Assembly: GCF_009914755.1 (NCBI RefSeq)
Contig: NC_060928.1
DNA length: 64,000 bases
Source of the DNA: the human T2T-CHM13v2.0 reference genome, Homo sapiens
Direction: 5' to 3' (one strand)
The notes below the pieces were generated by a model. The model was not told the origin of the DNA. It saw only the letters and a program-made list of their open reading frames with translations, and did not search any database. Numbering within the stretch: the first letter of the stretch is position 1; every line of letters begins with the position of its first letter. Shown piece after piece: positions 1-14,162 of this stretch. The position numbers were made by a program, and so were the translations under genes.

Positions 1-322
1 TACAGAAACCATGGATGTTTTCATCTTTGGTAAAGTAGCAGGGAGAAGAGGAAACTTCCATAGACACAGCAGGAAGAAAACAGGTGAACTTTTAAGGATT
101 TTTAAAGGCTGAGTACAGGCTGGTATAAGAGTTTAGAGACCTTGAGGGTCCTGTAGACAAGCAGAACCTACGCTGCCTGCCAACTTTTTAACACAGGCCT
201 TCACTGAACACTCACCAGAAAGATAGCTGGCAAGGAAGGAGAACTGAGACCCTTTCACAGTGCAAGTGCTGCCAACCTGCTGTAGTCTGAGGGCAGAGCA
301 AAGAACTAAGAGAAACTCCCCG

Positions 323-801
<479 letters not shown>

Positions 802-1069
802 TCAGCCATCAAAGGAGGACCAGAAGAGCTGAAAGAAACCACCCACATAAGTGCAGAGGTACTGAGATAAGGAAAACAATACTGAGGAAATCCCTTACAG
901 GCAACCAGGCTGACACTGCAGACCAGGAAATGGCTTTCTACCACCTGAACAAATACTGCTTGGAGAATTGGATATTCATATAGGAAAACAAATGTTACAT
1001 CATAATGAAAAGTAATGTGAGATGGATTATAGACTTAGAATTAAAGCTAAAACTGTACAACTTCTAGAA

Positions 1070-1701
<632 letters not shown>

Positions 1702-2268
1702 TTCTGGGAGATAACATAGGAGAATCTTCACTATGTTGGTTTAGGCAAAGATTTCTTAGAGCAGAGTCAGATGACATTAACCAGAAAAGAAAATCATTGA
1801 TAAACTGAACTTCATCAAAACTAAAACTTCCACTCACAAAATTTCACCATTAAGAAAAGAAATAGATGAGGCTCCAACTGGAGAAAATAGTCTTAACACA
1901 AATATTTGACAATTACAACTCAATAATAAAAAGACAACCCAGTGGGCAAAGACTTGACAGATATTTGAGAAGATACATAAATGGCCAATTCACATATTAA
2001 AAGGTGCTGAACATCATTAGCCATCAGAAAAATTCAAATCAAAACCATTGCAAGAACCTACTGTACACCATCTAGAATAGTTACAATGACAAAGATTTAT
2101 AACACCAAATGTTGGAAGATACATGGAGCAACCAGAATTCTTATTTATTGATTTGGGGTGCATCAAATAGTAGAACAACTTTGGGAAAGATTTTGGCAAT
2201 TTCTTATGAAGTTAACCATATACTTACCATACAACTCAGCAATTTTCCTTTTAGATACAAGGACTTTT

Positions 2269-3037
2269 AGATTTATTTTATTCTTTTATTTAACTTTTAG
2301 GATCGGGGCACATGCATAGGTTTGTGATACAGGTAAACTTGTGTCACAGGGCTTTGTTGTGCAGATTATTTCATCACCCAAGTACTAAGCCTAGTACCTT
2401 GTTTTTTTCGGATCCTCTCCCTCCTCCTGCCCTTCATCCTCAAATAGGCCCCAATGTTTGTTGTTCTCATCTTTGTGTCCATATGTCCTCATCATTTAGT
2501 TCCCGCTTATAAGTGGGAACATGCAGTATTTGGTTTCCTGTTCCTGTGCTAGTTTGCTAAGGATGATGGCCTCCGGCTTCCTCCATGTTCTTACAAAGGA
2601 CATGATCTCATTCTTTTTTATGGCTGCATAGTATTCCATGGTATATATGTACCACATTTTCTTTATCTGGTCTACGATTAATGGGCATTTAGGTTGATTT
2701 CATGTTTTTCATATTGTGAATAGTGCTGCAATGAACATACACATGCATGTGTCTTTATGGAAGAACAATTTAAAGAAAAGGTCAATATCACTGGTTATTA
2801 GAGAAATGCAAATCAAAACCACAATAAGATGCCATCTCACACCAGTCTGAATGACTATTACCAAAAAGTCAAAAAAACAACAGATGCTGGCAAGGTTGAG
2901 AAGGAAAGGGAATGCTTATACATTATTGGAGGGAGTATAAATTAGTTCAACCATTGTGGAAAGTAGTGTGGTGGTTCCTCAAAGAGTTAAAAACAGAACT
3001 ACCATTTGACCCAGCAATCCCATTACTGGGTATACCC
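2269..3037 (-). mobile_element. 5'-truncated, 5'-inverted older L1P (L1PA15/16- or L1PB-like)
   Basis: Antisense 3'UTR/ORF2 end at ~2269-2772, then the upstream ORF2 segment in sense at ~2773-3037; degenerate TSD ATACAAGGACTTTT/ATACAATGATTTTT. Confidence 0.85.
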
Positions 3038-3389
3038 ATACAATGATTTTTTATGGCAACTTTATTTACAATAACCCCAAATTAGAAACATCCTAGGTGT
3101 TCACCGACAAGAGAATGGACTAACAAAATGTGATATAGTCATACAATTAAATACTCATCAGTAATAAAAAGGAAAACATAAAGGTGGGTGAATTTTGAAA
3201 TTTCCTATTGGAAGACTCACCAAAACCACCATGCTAAGTGAAAGTAAACAGAACCAACAAACTACTTATGTAATATTCCATTTATATGGATTTCTAGAAT
3301 AAGCATGACACATCTAGGATGTTTGCTTTAGGTGGGCTTTTAACTGAGAAAGGGTATGAGGAAAATTTCTGTGGTGATAAAAATATTCT

Positions 3390-3723
<334 letters not shown>

Positions 3724-4739
3724 TCAAGATTATACTAATGTATGTATTTGTTAAAATTTTTGACATATACACTTTAGATTTCTGTATTTCACAGTATGTA
3801 AATTATATTCAACAAAAATATGTTTTAAAGTTTTCTAGTTTTATTTTTTATCAAATAGTCATGACCTGACATGTTTCCTCCTCCATGGCATTAACTTAAT
3901 GTAGCCAGATTTCAGTTATCTTTGAAAGAATTTTTAAAGAATCTCTTTTTTCCACCAAAGACTTGGGAGATTTAAATAATTCATGTTTTCAGATATGATC
4001 CCTAAATTTAAATTGAACTAAACAAACTCAGTGAATGCAATTCATTCACTAGCAGGTGTAAAGCAGTAAAGCAGCTGTTTAGCAGGAAAGTGTCTGAACA
4101 TTACAAGAAGCCTGACTAACAGATTCATTATCACAGCGGAGCATGATTTTACAGTACTGTAAATGTGTCAAACTGGTTAAGCCACGGGACTTAAACCCTG
4201 TTTTGTTATGGTGCCTTAAACAATGAGAATATTCCAAAATATTTAGTCAATATATAATTATTATGAACTCACAGAGACATAACCCTACTCAGAGGTGCTT
4301 TCCAAACACCCTAGAATATTGAGACTAATTTGTTAACAAACATATTCTATGTCTTTTATATAAATGAGCATTGAACTTGGAAGTTCTTAGAACTAGGCTT
4401 TTACTTAAGTGATATGCTTTTTGCATAAAACCTTCCAAGCTAATTTTAAACTTTAAATGAAAGAATAATTATTACAGGTGTTTAAAATATTGGTTGAATT
4501 TTTATTCAAAAATACTTCCAAATTACATTATTTTTAAAATTTACCCTCAAAAGTTGATGATTTACTACCATTGAGAAATTTAAGAATTCTATTTGTAAGC
4601 CCTTATATTTTTCAAACAACTGCACCTTTAATTTAGTTGAAAAATATTAAAGGAGAACTTTCAAAGTAACTAACACTATGATGGGTGCAGGAAGATAATG
4701 TGAAAAATATGCAACTCCTGCTCACTCTCATAGATTTCT

Positions 4740-5281
4740 TTCTGACTATAGGCCCCCCCGAGCTTTCTTTTCTTATAGCATTTACTTTAGAAAACTATTA
4801 ATGACAAATTCTTTCTCTGCCACTTTGGAATGAATGTAAATCTCCTTAAAAAGCCTACTGCCAGGTTTACAACCCAGGGCATGTATTCCTTAAGGACCTT
4901 GGAGTCATCTCTTTGAAGTGTAATCATCCAAAAAGATAGCACCCCTTTCTCTCAGCCTCCATGGTGAGGTAGAAACTTAACTTCAGTGGCTCCTTGCTCC
5001 AAGTTGTAAAACTACCACCTGTCCTGAAGACAGGAGAAAGCTTACTTTCTCTTTTGGTTAGGCCAATTAGCAAACACAGATGACATACAAGTCCCCCCAC
5101 TCCAGCTCCTAAAAACTTTCTGGGCTTTTGTTTCCGTGGATTTGAGTTTAGTCTCTTTTCCCTCTTGCAATTGTCTTGAATAAATGATAGTCTGATTAGT
5201 CTTACACAGCCTTCAGTAAATAGAATTTATTAAAGTAAAAAGTGTATTTTGCTTTGTCCAGTGCAATTTTTTACATTGACA
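4740..5281 (+). mobile_element. ERV1 solo LTR, MER34/MER39-like
   Basis: AAGGACCTTGGAGTCATCTCTTTGAAGTGTAATCATC and GCCAATTAGCAAACACAGATG motifs, AATAAA, terminal TGACA; 5' boundary uncertain. Confidence 0.7.
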
Positions 5282-5574
5282 ACCTTTTGGACAATGGTTT
5301 TATAGGTAAGAGGGAGGGGCACTGGGTACAGATGATTAATTATGAATCTATTGCTATAATGCAGGCAGAGCTATTGGGAATAAATTAAGAACTTAGTGCA
5401 GGAAGAGGCAGAACTAAGAAATACCAAGGGGGTAGAATCTATGGGACTTGGTGACCATGGATTTTTAAAGATAAGAATGTAAAGTGTTATTTAGGTTTTT
5501 GGCAAGGATCAAGTCTTTTGACTGGATGAATTGTGGTAAAACTCCTGATAAAGTGAACAAAAAATTATTGAATG

Positions 5575-5908
5575 GGCCGGGCGTGGTGGCTCACGCCTGT
5601 AATCCCAGCACTTTGGGAGGCTGAGGCGGGCGGATCACGAGGTCAGGAGATCGAGACCATCCTGGCTAACACAGTGAAACCCCGTCTCTAATAAAAATAC
5701 AAAAAAAAAAAAAAAAAAATTAGCCGGGTGTGGTGGCGGGCTCCTGTAGTCCCAGCTACTCGGGAGGCTGAAGCAAGAGAATGGCGTGAACCCGGGAGGC
5801 GGAGCATGAGAGTGTGCAGAGATCGCGCCACTGCATTCCAGCCTGGATGACAGAGTGAGACTCCGTCTCAAAAATAAAAAAAAAAAAAGAAAATAATAAA
5901 AAAAAAGA
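5575..5908 (+). mobile_element. AluY
   Basis: GATCGAGACCATCCTGGCTAACAC and GAATGGCGTGAACCC diagnostics, CpG-rich, TSD AAAATTATTGA(A/C)TG. Confidence 0.95.
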
Positions 5909-7309
5909 AAATTATTGACTGAAACAGAGGTAAGTATATTTTTCTTATTCCAACTTTCTGGGTTGATGTTTGAAGATCCCTACAAGCTATATACCTCAAG
6001 CAAGGTTCTTCTACATGTATTGAAGGTGTAGTTTGTAGAGAAAAGAATGTGGTAGTAAGTAATGTCGGCAGACCTCATCTTGAGATAAATGGAAGTCCTC
6101 TCACATAGTTCTTTCTTTCAGTGCCCACCACGAATTCTTGTAAATATACTACTGGTTCCTGAGGAGTATTAGGGGATAAGCACCTTGCACATGACCTCCA
6201 TATTGATCAAGGCAATCTCAACACTTTTATTATTTGATTAAACTTAATTCTGGAACAAAGAGTCCATTTTAGAGATATTGGCAAATAACAGCATTGATCA
6301 AATTCGTGTTTTCTGCATTTTTCAACCAGAACATAAAGCTCTCTTGTCTCCAGGGCCATTCTCTTTATTTCATCAACAGACGGTGTCACAGTCAATTTCT
6401 GTGCTCTTGTACTGGCATATAAAATCTAAAGCAGCTATCCAAGGGTGCATTAAATATAAAATGGCTGAGTCATTCTGTCTTACACGGAAACATATGGGAA
6501 TCTTTGCTTCCTAATAAAGAAAACAATGGGGGTGGAGGCAGCCACCACGGGATTAATCTGAATCACAAAGCTTCCAGACTCACCAAACAGCTTGAAATGT
6601 GCAACAGTTTTAGGCTGTTAACTTTCAAATATAATGAAATTTTGGAAGGGCAATTTTATTTCACAAAAATTTTCAATAAACTCCCTCCTCATTGACCCCC
6701 AAAAGCCCATATGAGCTCCGCAGGTTAATGTTGTTTCCTTTGACCACTCTTACTAATTATGTTCAGTACACATTTTCTTTCTCCGAATGATAATCTTGTT
6801 TACTTCCATATTTTAGCCATCTCCCATCCCCCAGAGAGATTCAAAATGAATTAAATTTCATGCAAATGAATGGAATGAATTGATCTCATCTTCCCATCTG
6901 AATCTTACAGGAGTCAACCTGATGTGGATGAGGTCTTTTTGGCTCTCTCAATCACTAAACTAACCTGAAGAATAAGGGAAGAAGTACAAGAACAGAGAGC
7001 AAATTCTTTGGAACTGGGATGGTTTTTAGATTCCAGAAGTTCTGTCTTCACCTTAGGGACAACTGAAACGAGTGTCTTCATATTCCCTGGGACTGGATTT
7101 GAGCAGTTGCAGGATGACCTACCCTATTCCAACTTGAGAAAGCAGAGGAGAGAGAAAAAAGTTTTGTCCTTTAAGATGTAAACTTATAGAAGCTTATTCT
7201 CTGAGAATTTATGCAAGCTCAATATTAAAACCATGAGTTAGAGAATGGAGCTGTCTTGACCGTATATACCCTCCTTCCCCTGCTTTCCACCTGTCCTCTT
7301 CCCTTTTTC

Positions 7310-7463
7310 TTTCACTCCTTCCCTCCCTCCCTCTCTTCCTCCCTCCCTCCCTCCCTCCCTCCTTCCCTCCCTTCCTTCCTTCTTTCCTTCCTTCTTTCTT
7401 TCCTTCCTTCCTTCTTTCCTTTCTTCCTCCTTCCCTCCCTCCCTCCCTCCCTTCTTTCCTTTT
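7310..7463. repeat. (CCCT)n/(CCTT)n polypyrimidine microsatellite
   Basis: Directly visible. Confidence 0.95.
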
Positions 7464-8377
7464 GTCTATCAGTCCTTTTGTCTGTGCTTTCTTCCTGAGT
7501 GGTTGGAGACCATTAAGGTGTCCTTCTTTCATTTGATGATGCTCAGCAAATCATTGAGGCCTTTAGAACATTTCCAAGCTGATAATCTAAAAATTCAGTT
7601 TCTCACTAAAACCAAGATAAACTTCAACCCTTTAAGGCTTCTAGTAGAAATCCCCATCTTTGAAGGACTATACATAAAACACATTGATGGCATTATTTAC
7701 TATGTTCTAGTTCTGAAGTATTGAGAAGTAGTTTATTTTTATGTCAGTTGTCATATAATCAGTGCCCTCTAATGAAATAGAAAATTCTTCCTTCTTTATT
7801 CACTGTTCAGTATCATAATTCAAAATAACAGGACACCAAACAACTGGGGCTCAGGAACATATTTAAGTAGAAAGAATGTGCAAATCTAAGTTGAAGAGTG
7901 GAAAACGTTGGCTAAAACTGAAATGGTCACAAAACGCTATTTAATTATCACGAGTACTTAGGAATGAACTGACAGCAGACAGTTTCATTTTCCCTGAGAA
8001 CATATACCCTCCATTCTACACATGCATCAACCACTTGCATTTTTCAGATCATCCACACCAGTCCTTGATGGAATAACAGCATAGTTCAGTTCTGTTTATG
8101 AAAATTCAATGGATGGCAGCACAAGAAGTTCACGCTGTAAATAATGGAAGAAAGAGAAAAAGAAAAAACTCTGCAGATAATAGACTTTCCTGGCCTGAGT
8201 CTGATGCATATTGCTGACCTAACAAGTAGTTTTATTTTATGCTTGTGAGGTTACTATCCAGTTACCAAAAGTATGCTTCTCTCTCAACTTCAGGCAGGTA
8301 AATGCCACGACACCCTCTTGATGTAGGACATATAAATGGTTAGTCTCTTGTGAATGACTTTAAGGAAGTAAAATACA

Positions 8378-8417
8378 TTAGCTTGGTGCAAAAGTAAGTG
8401 TGGTTTTTTTGCCTAAT
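8378..8417. mobile_element. MADE1 (Hsmar1-derived MITE) remnant
   Basis: TTAGCTTGGTGCAAAAGTAAGTGTGGTTTT resembles the Hsmar1 TIR TTAGGTTGGTGCAAAAGTAATTGCGGTTTT. Confidence 0.75.
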
Positions 8418-9733
8418 ACATATTTAACCTAATACATATTTAACAGCTTTCTTGGGCAGGTTAAGCCATCAAGAGAGCAAACAGATTCATCTAATAGTTA
8501 CTGGACTTTAGCAAAGTGCTAGGTCCATCTGCTTGATGGTCAGACATGCCTGTCCTGAAGTGTAGAATAAAATGCCTTATGTCTAAATTAATATTATAAG
8601 ATACTTTAATAGTTTGTACTATAAACTAATAATGAATCAACCTTTAATAACTTGTGCATCTCAAGTTATTAAGGTTATTAAGTTGCTATAAGAAACTTGA
8701 AAATTACCAGATCATCTTTTGTCACAAATTTTTGTTTTTAAAAAGCACAGAAAATTCCAATAAATTGTAAATTCTAAGAAGAGGAATAATATTTAGACTT
8801 ACTGAGTTTCATTCACATTTGTTTCCATGTATGTAAGTCATATTTTTCTGGGAAGGGCAATGAAATAAGGAGAGATAATAAACTAACCAGTAGTTTCAAG
8901 ACAGCATTTGTATATTTGAACTCCTATAAGGCTGTGACTGTTTCATTTTTATGCAAAGTATGTTATGTTAAAAAAAAAAATCCAAATGTACAGAACCGAA
9001 TCATGGCTCAAAACTTGAAAGGACTACCACTCTAACACTAATAGCCCTATTATTACCAATGTAGATTTTTCAGTTATTACTATGTATAGGGAATGCAATG
9101 TTTTCTGTTTAAAAATGTATGCTTTTTAAATGAGCATTTAAAAGTCATGCTCTAAATATTACCAAGATTTTCTAATTCCAGAATCTTTAAGAAAGTCTTC
9201 TGGGTCAAAAGGGAGATTACGAAAAAGTTTCAAGGTGCTAGCAATGTTGGTAAGGGAAGAATTGAATGTGTAAACAAGCATGAAATGCAAACTGGAGCAG
9301 TAACTCCACGTATGAGGCAGAAAAGAAACTTAAAAAGCAAACAAAAAGGTGGTTTGTTTACAGGAAGAATAAAATAGAAAATTGTGCTACTCTAAATAGG
9401 AAGTCACTGTGGTTTTTCACGTGTAAAAATGTAGACATGTTACATGGTAAGGATGTTTTTCTTCTTGATGTGGATCAAAACAGAAGGGAAAGTATGAATG
9501 AAAAAGCATATGGAATAGGAGGCATATTTCTTTTGCACACTATCTAAAAGGACTGAAATAGATATAATAGAATATTTTCAATTTTCCCCTTGTCTCCTTT
9601 TGTTTTTAATTTTCTCTTTTTTTCTTGTTTTTATGTTTTGTTTTGTTTTGTTTATTTGCTACCTTCATACGCGTCCCCCTCCCCCCACCCCCACACACAG
9701 ACACACACATTTTGCTTAACCAACAAACCACAG

Positions 9734-9754
9734 GGCTTGCAAGAGCCATTCTCG
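9734..9754 (+). other. Candidate 21-nt microexon of an unidentified host gene
   Basis: TTTTGCTTAACCAACAAACCACAG|GGCTTGCAAGAGCCATTCTCG|GTAAGT; upstream U-rich tract; no stop codon within the exon in any frame. Confidence 0.6.
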
Positions 9755-10299
9755 GTAAGTACTGTTATGACAGGGATGGGGATGGAATTGCACTAACAAT
9801 ACTGAGTGAGAGGCACAAAAAAATCCCAGAAAAAACCTCCAACTGCGAGTTTCACAGCAGTCAAAGATGAAAACTGCCATTTGAGCCAAAACTCTCCTCA
9901 TCTTCTAAAACTCCAACCTGCCTCCTTTCAGAGAAGTACCTGTCTTCCGGGGCTGCCGGATGCTTATCAGCTGAATACAGCCTTTAACCTTTGTTTGGGT
10001 CATGCACGCTACTTTTTAAAGCAACTATTAATATCTACAGAGTAGTTTAGTTTATTTGTGTCACTCATGAATGTAATTCAATGAAAAAGTATAAAGACAC
10101 TACCTGAAAGGAATTTGATCCTGGGACTGCTCTGAAGTAACAAAGAAAGGTGTAAGGATACACATGCTTTTAAAACTTTTGATAACACACTAAAAGATAT
10201 AGGGGCTGTGATTTTTCTAAAGCACAGGGGCATAAGTTAAATAAATGAGCTCTCTAATTATCAAATAAGCACATCCTAATAATCATGTTTGTTTTAACA

Positions 10300-10445
10300 T
10301 ATTATTTAATCAGTATTAAATATATTATTATTTTATAATATTAATTATATTATATTATATTATATTAATATAAAATTTATAATATAAAATAATTATATTA
10401 AATATATAATTATTATTTAAACAGTATTAAATACATGTTTTTATT
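10300..10445. repeat. AT-rich low-complexity (ATT/TA)n tract
   Basis: Directly visible. Confidence 0.85.
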
Positions 10446-10490
10446 TTTGTAAAGGAAATCATTACTGACTGAAATAAAATGCAGTATTCT

Positions 10491-10801
<311 letters not shown>

Positions 10802-11769
10802 TAACTGAACTAAAACAGTGCTGTTAACATCTACACATAACTCTGTTTAACAGAGGCAATAACCCTGGCAATACATAGAGGCCATGATGAAACCACACAT
10901 ACATTTTCTCCACTGTTGCTTGGATAGAAAATTTTCTAGATCTTTTCATTACCAAATTATTTTAAGTTTTAAAAAAATATGTAGTTGTCTAAAATCATAA
11001 CACCATGATACTGGCACATTTGTGCTCTTGCAGACTTCACTTCCAGGGCTAGATGAAGCTCTAAAGAGATTGTGAAGAGGTTGGATACATTGAGGGTAAA
11101 TATTTCGTTAGAAATAAATCCTCTACTCCTGAAAAGAAAATGTATCTGTATACTTTACGTACATAGATCTACCTCTAATCAGTTTAATTGAGATTATCTA
11201 GAAAAATAAAAAAGAAAACTACATGCAACACTGAGATATACATACTTAGGAATTCATTCAGAAAGTAGCTGTGATAATGAGGCTTTTCTCTGCATTCGGT
11301 TGTAAGTCAGCATTGATTAAGCAATTCCAAATGGCTACTTACAATTAATGATTCCAACTTGGCAATATTCTAAGAGGCCCTGAGGACTAAATAGGAAATG
11401 AAAGAACATCCAAAAGAAAATCAAAATGAAACTTTATTAAGGTATGGATTTTTTTCAATTTGCAGGTTTATACTTCATTTGTTTTCGAAAATTAAAGTTT
11501 TGATCAATGTAGGCAAGATAAGATAATGAACTACAGTGAACTAATAGAGGTATATTTGTGATTCACTATAGATTTTGGAAAATATTGGACTTTTTTACTC
11601 TAGGCACTTGTTCGACAATGGAAGGATTAAATATCTTGACATATGGATTCCAGATTTCTTTTTGTTTTAGTTAGCCAACATTTATGCATATAATTATAAT
11701 AAGCATAATTGTAATTTCCCCCAAGTGAGAGTTATTTCTCATGTGAAACCTATAAGAGGTAGTTGAATT

Positions 11770-12073
11770 TTGAGGTGACCCCCCTCCCAGGGATGACTCA
11801 GTCAGCCTCCTTCTGTCTTACTGCTTTACTATCTTTAGCATTTGGCTTGCAAGGTGTTCCCTGGATGCTTCAAGATGGCAGAAGGGGAAGGAGCACAAGA
11901 GGTTTTTAGGTGCCAAGCTTAGAAGAAATGTACACAATTTCCTTTCACATTCTCCTGGCTAGAAATCACTTCATAGCAACATTTAACTGCAAGGGATCTA
12001 GAAAATGTCATCTAGCTGTGTTCCCAGGAATAAGAGAAAACAGTTTAATTGAACAGCAAGCGAGTCTCTGACA
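11770..12073. mobile_element. Old MaLR LTR (MLT1I/J/K-like)
   Basis: CAAGATGGC...TTTAACTGCAAGGGATCTAGAAAATGTCATCTAGCTGTG motifs. Confidence 0.6.
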
Positions 12074-12189
12074 TATCCTTAGATTTATCAAAGATAAATT
12101 TTCTACTTGACTTAAGATGAAGTATTATTACAGAAATGGTGCCATATATGGATATGAAATGTCAACAGAGACAAAGAATACTTGAGAGG

Positions 12190-12345
12190 GAAGAGAACAC
12201 AATACTGGAATCAGAAAAACTGAGCTTTAGTTTTGGATCTGCAATATATGGGCTACAGCATCTCTCCAGATCTAAACTGTCAAATGGAAATAATAACACC
12301 TATGCTCTATATAGTTGTTGTAAAAAGAGAATATATATGAAGGAA
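12190..12345 (+). mobile_element. MIR remnant
   Basis: CTGGAATCAGAAAAACTGAG...CTGTCAAATGGAAATAATAACACCT. Confidence 0.6.
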
Positions 12346-12834
12346 ACTGGTTAAAAAAAAACTCCCAAAACATTTACCTACTTTTTAAAACCTGTCCATA
12401 ATCCACATTGACAATAGGAAATCTTTTCCTAAGAAATATTGATTATGTTACATGCTTAAAACTTTTCATTTTTTATATATATTATAGTCTATAGACTATA
12501 GATTCTACTGTCTATAATTCTATATAATTAATTCCAAATTCTTTAGCATAGTATATGAGGCTGTATAGCATCTTTAAATAAATGTGTTTATCTAAGGAAA
12601 TTTTCTTCAGTTTGATATATTTATTTTCTCTATTTTTTTCTGTTTTTTCTTCTGGAATATTTATTAGTTGGATATTGGTGCAACATGTTCACTGTCTCTA
12701 ATGTTCTTTTTCATACATATAATATTGTGTATTGAACTTTTCCCTCTAATTCTCCCGAATGTCTGACTTTTTCTAGCTAATCTAGTGTTTTCTAGCTCTT
12801 CTATTAACATTTGAATTTTAGCAATTGCATTTTT

Positions 12835-13116
12835 CTGAGACAGACCCTCCTCTGTTGCCCAGGCTGAAGTACGGTGGCAAGATCTCGGCTCACTGCAATC
12901 TCTGACTCCTGCATTCAAGTTATTCTCATGTATCAGCCCCCAAGTAGCTGGGATTACAGGCATGAGCCACCACGCCCGGCTAATTTTTGTATTTTTAGTA
13001 GAGACAGAGTTTCACCATGTTGATCAGGCTGGTCTCAAACTCCTGACCTCAAGTAATCTGCCTGCCTCAGCCTCCCAAAGTGCTGGGATTACAGGCATAA
13101 GCCACCACGCCCAGCC
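12835..13116 (-). mobile_element. AluS inserted in an old antisense L1M fragment
   Basis: Antisense Alu dimer, very short tail, TSD G(C/T)AATTG(C/T)ATTTTT. Confidence 0.92.
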
Positions 13117-13804
13117 AGTAATTGTATTTTTTACTTTTATGTACTTTGTTATATCTCCACAGATTTCTCTGAGGATAATAATTAGAGGATTTAAGTTCTT
13201 TTGCCTTTCCTGTGTTACCTAAGGCTTGTTTCTTCTTTTTGTATATCTTGGTCTTCTGATTTATGACTCTGTTTTCCTCGTATGCCTGGTTATCCTTGGT
13301 TATCCTATTATACTTAAGAATTGTGGGCTAGGTCTATTTTTGGGGTAGCTATTTGGGGCTTTTCCCCCAGTTGTGTGGGTGGTATGGTTCCTTAATTTTG
13401 TCTTTCCCTTAAATGAGAAGCATCCTTGGGAGACTGTGTGTCTGGTTTTGTCGACCAGTTGATTTCACTTTGGGGTACTTGGAAAATGATTTAACTGTTG
13501 ACTAGAATTAGAAGAGCTTTATGCTGAAGAGAATTGCATTAATACCAGAAGTCAACACCCACCCAGGCCCATTTACTTATTTGAGGTAAACACTTTGAGG
13601 ACCAGCAGAATATTTACACATTTATTTTATAGCTAGATTTTCAATTTATTTTTGTTTTGAAACATTTGTGATATTAACAAAATCTGGCTATAGTAGCCAT
13701 CTTAAGAACATCTTCAAATCTCTTCCTGAGAAATTGAAAACAGTAAAAAAAAATGAGTAAAGAAATAGAATACTGGAATAACATAACTAATGAGCTGTAT
13801 CTAA

Positions 13805-14162
13805 AAACTTGCTGTTCCTTCATTCCAGAATGTTCTTCTCCAAGATTTCCACAGGCACCTTCTCTAATTGCCTTCAGGGCTCTTGTCAATATCTGGTGTG
13901 AAGGAAACTTTTCCTGGCTACCCTAGTAAGACTAGCACCACTGTTAGTCTCCATTTCCTCACACTGCCTTATTTTTCTTCATAGATATTATTACTAAAAA
14001 TACGTTTTGTTTATTTATTTATTGGTAGTCTCCTCCATTAGAATGTCAATTATATTGAGGGCAGAGATATTAGCAGTTTTATTGATTATTCTTTCCTTAC
14101 AGTCTAGGGCAGAGCTTAGCATATAATAGCACTAAATAAATGTCTACAGAATAAACAAATAC
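13805..14162 (+). mobile_element. L2 3' fragment
   Basis: TTAGAATGT..GAGGGCAGAGA..GAGCTTAGCATATAATAGCACTAAATAAATG, typical of the L2 3' end. Confidence 0.7.

Noticed and set aside
7209-7532. Charged GRKE-rich and SFLP-rich ORFs
   Set aside because: Translations of the CCTT/CCCT microsatellite.
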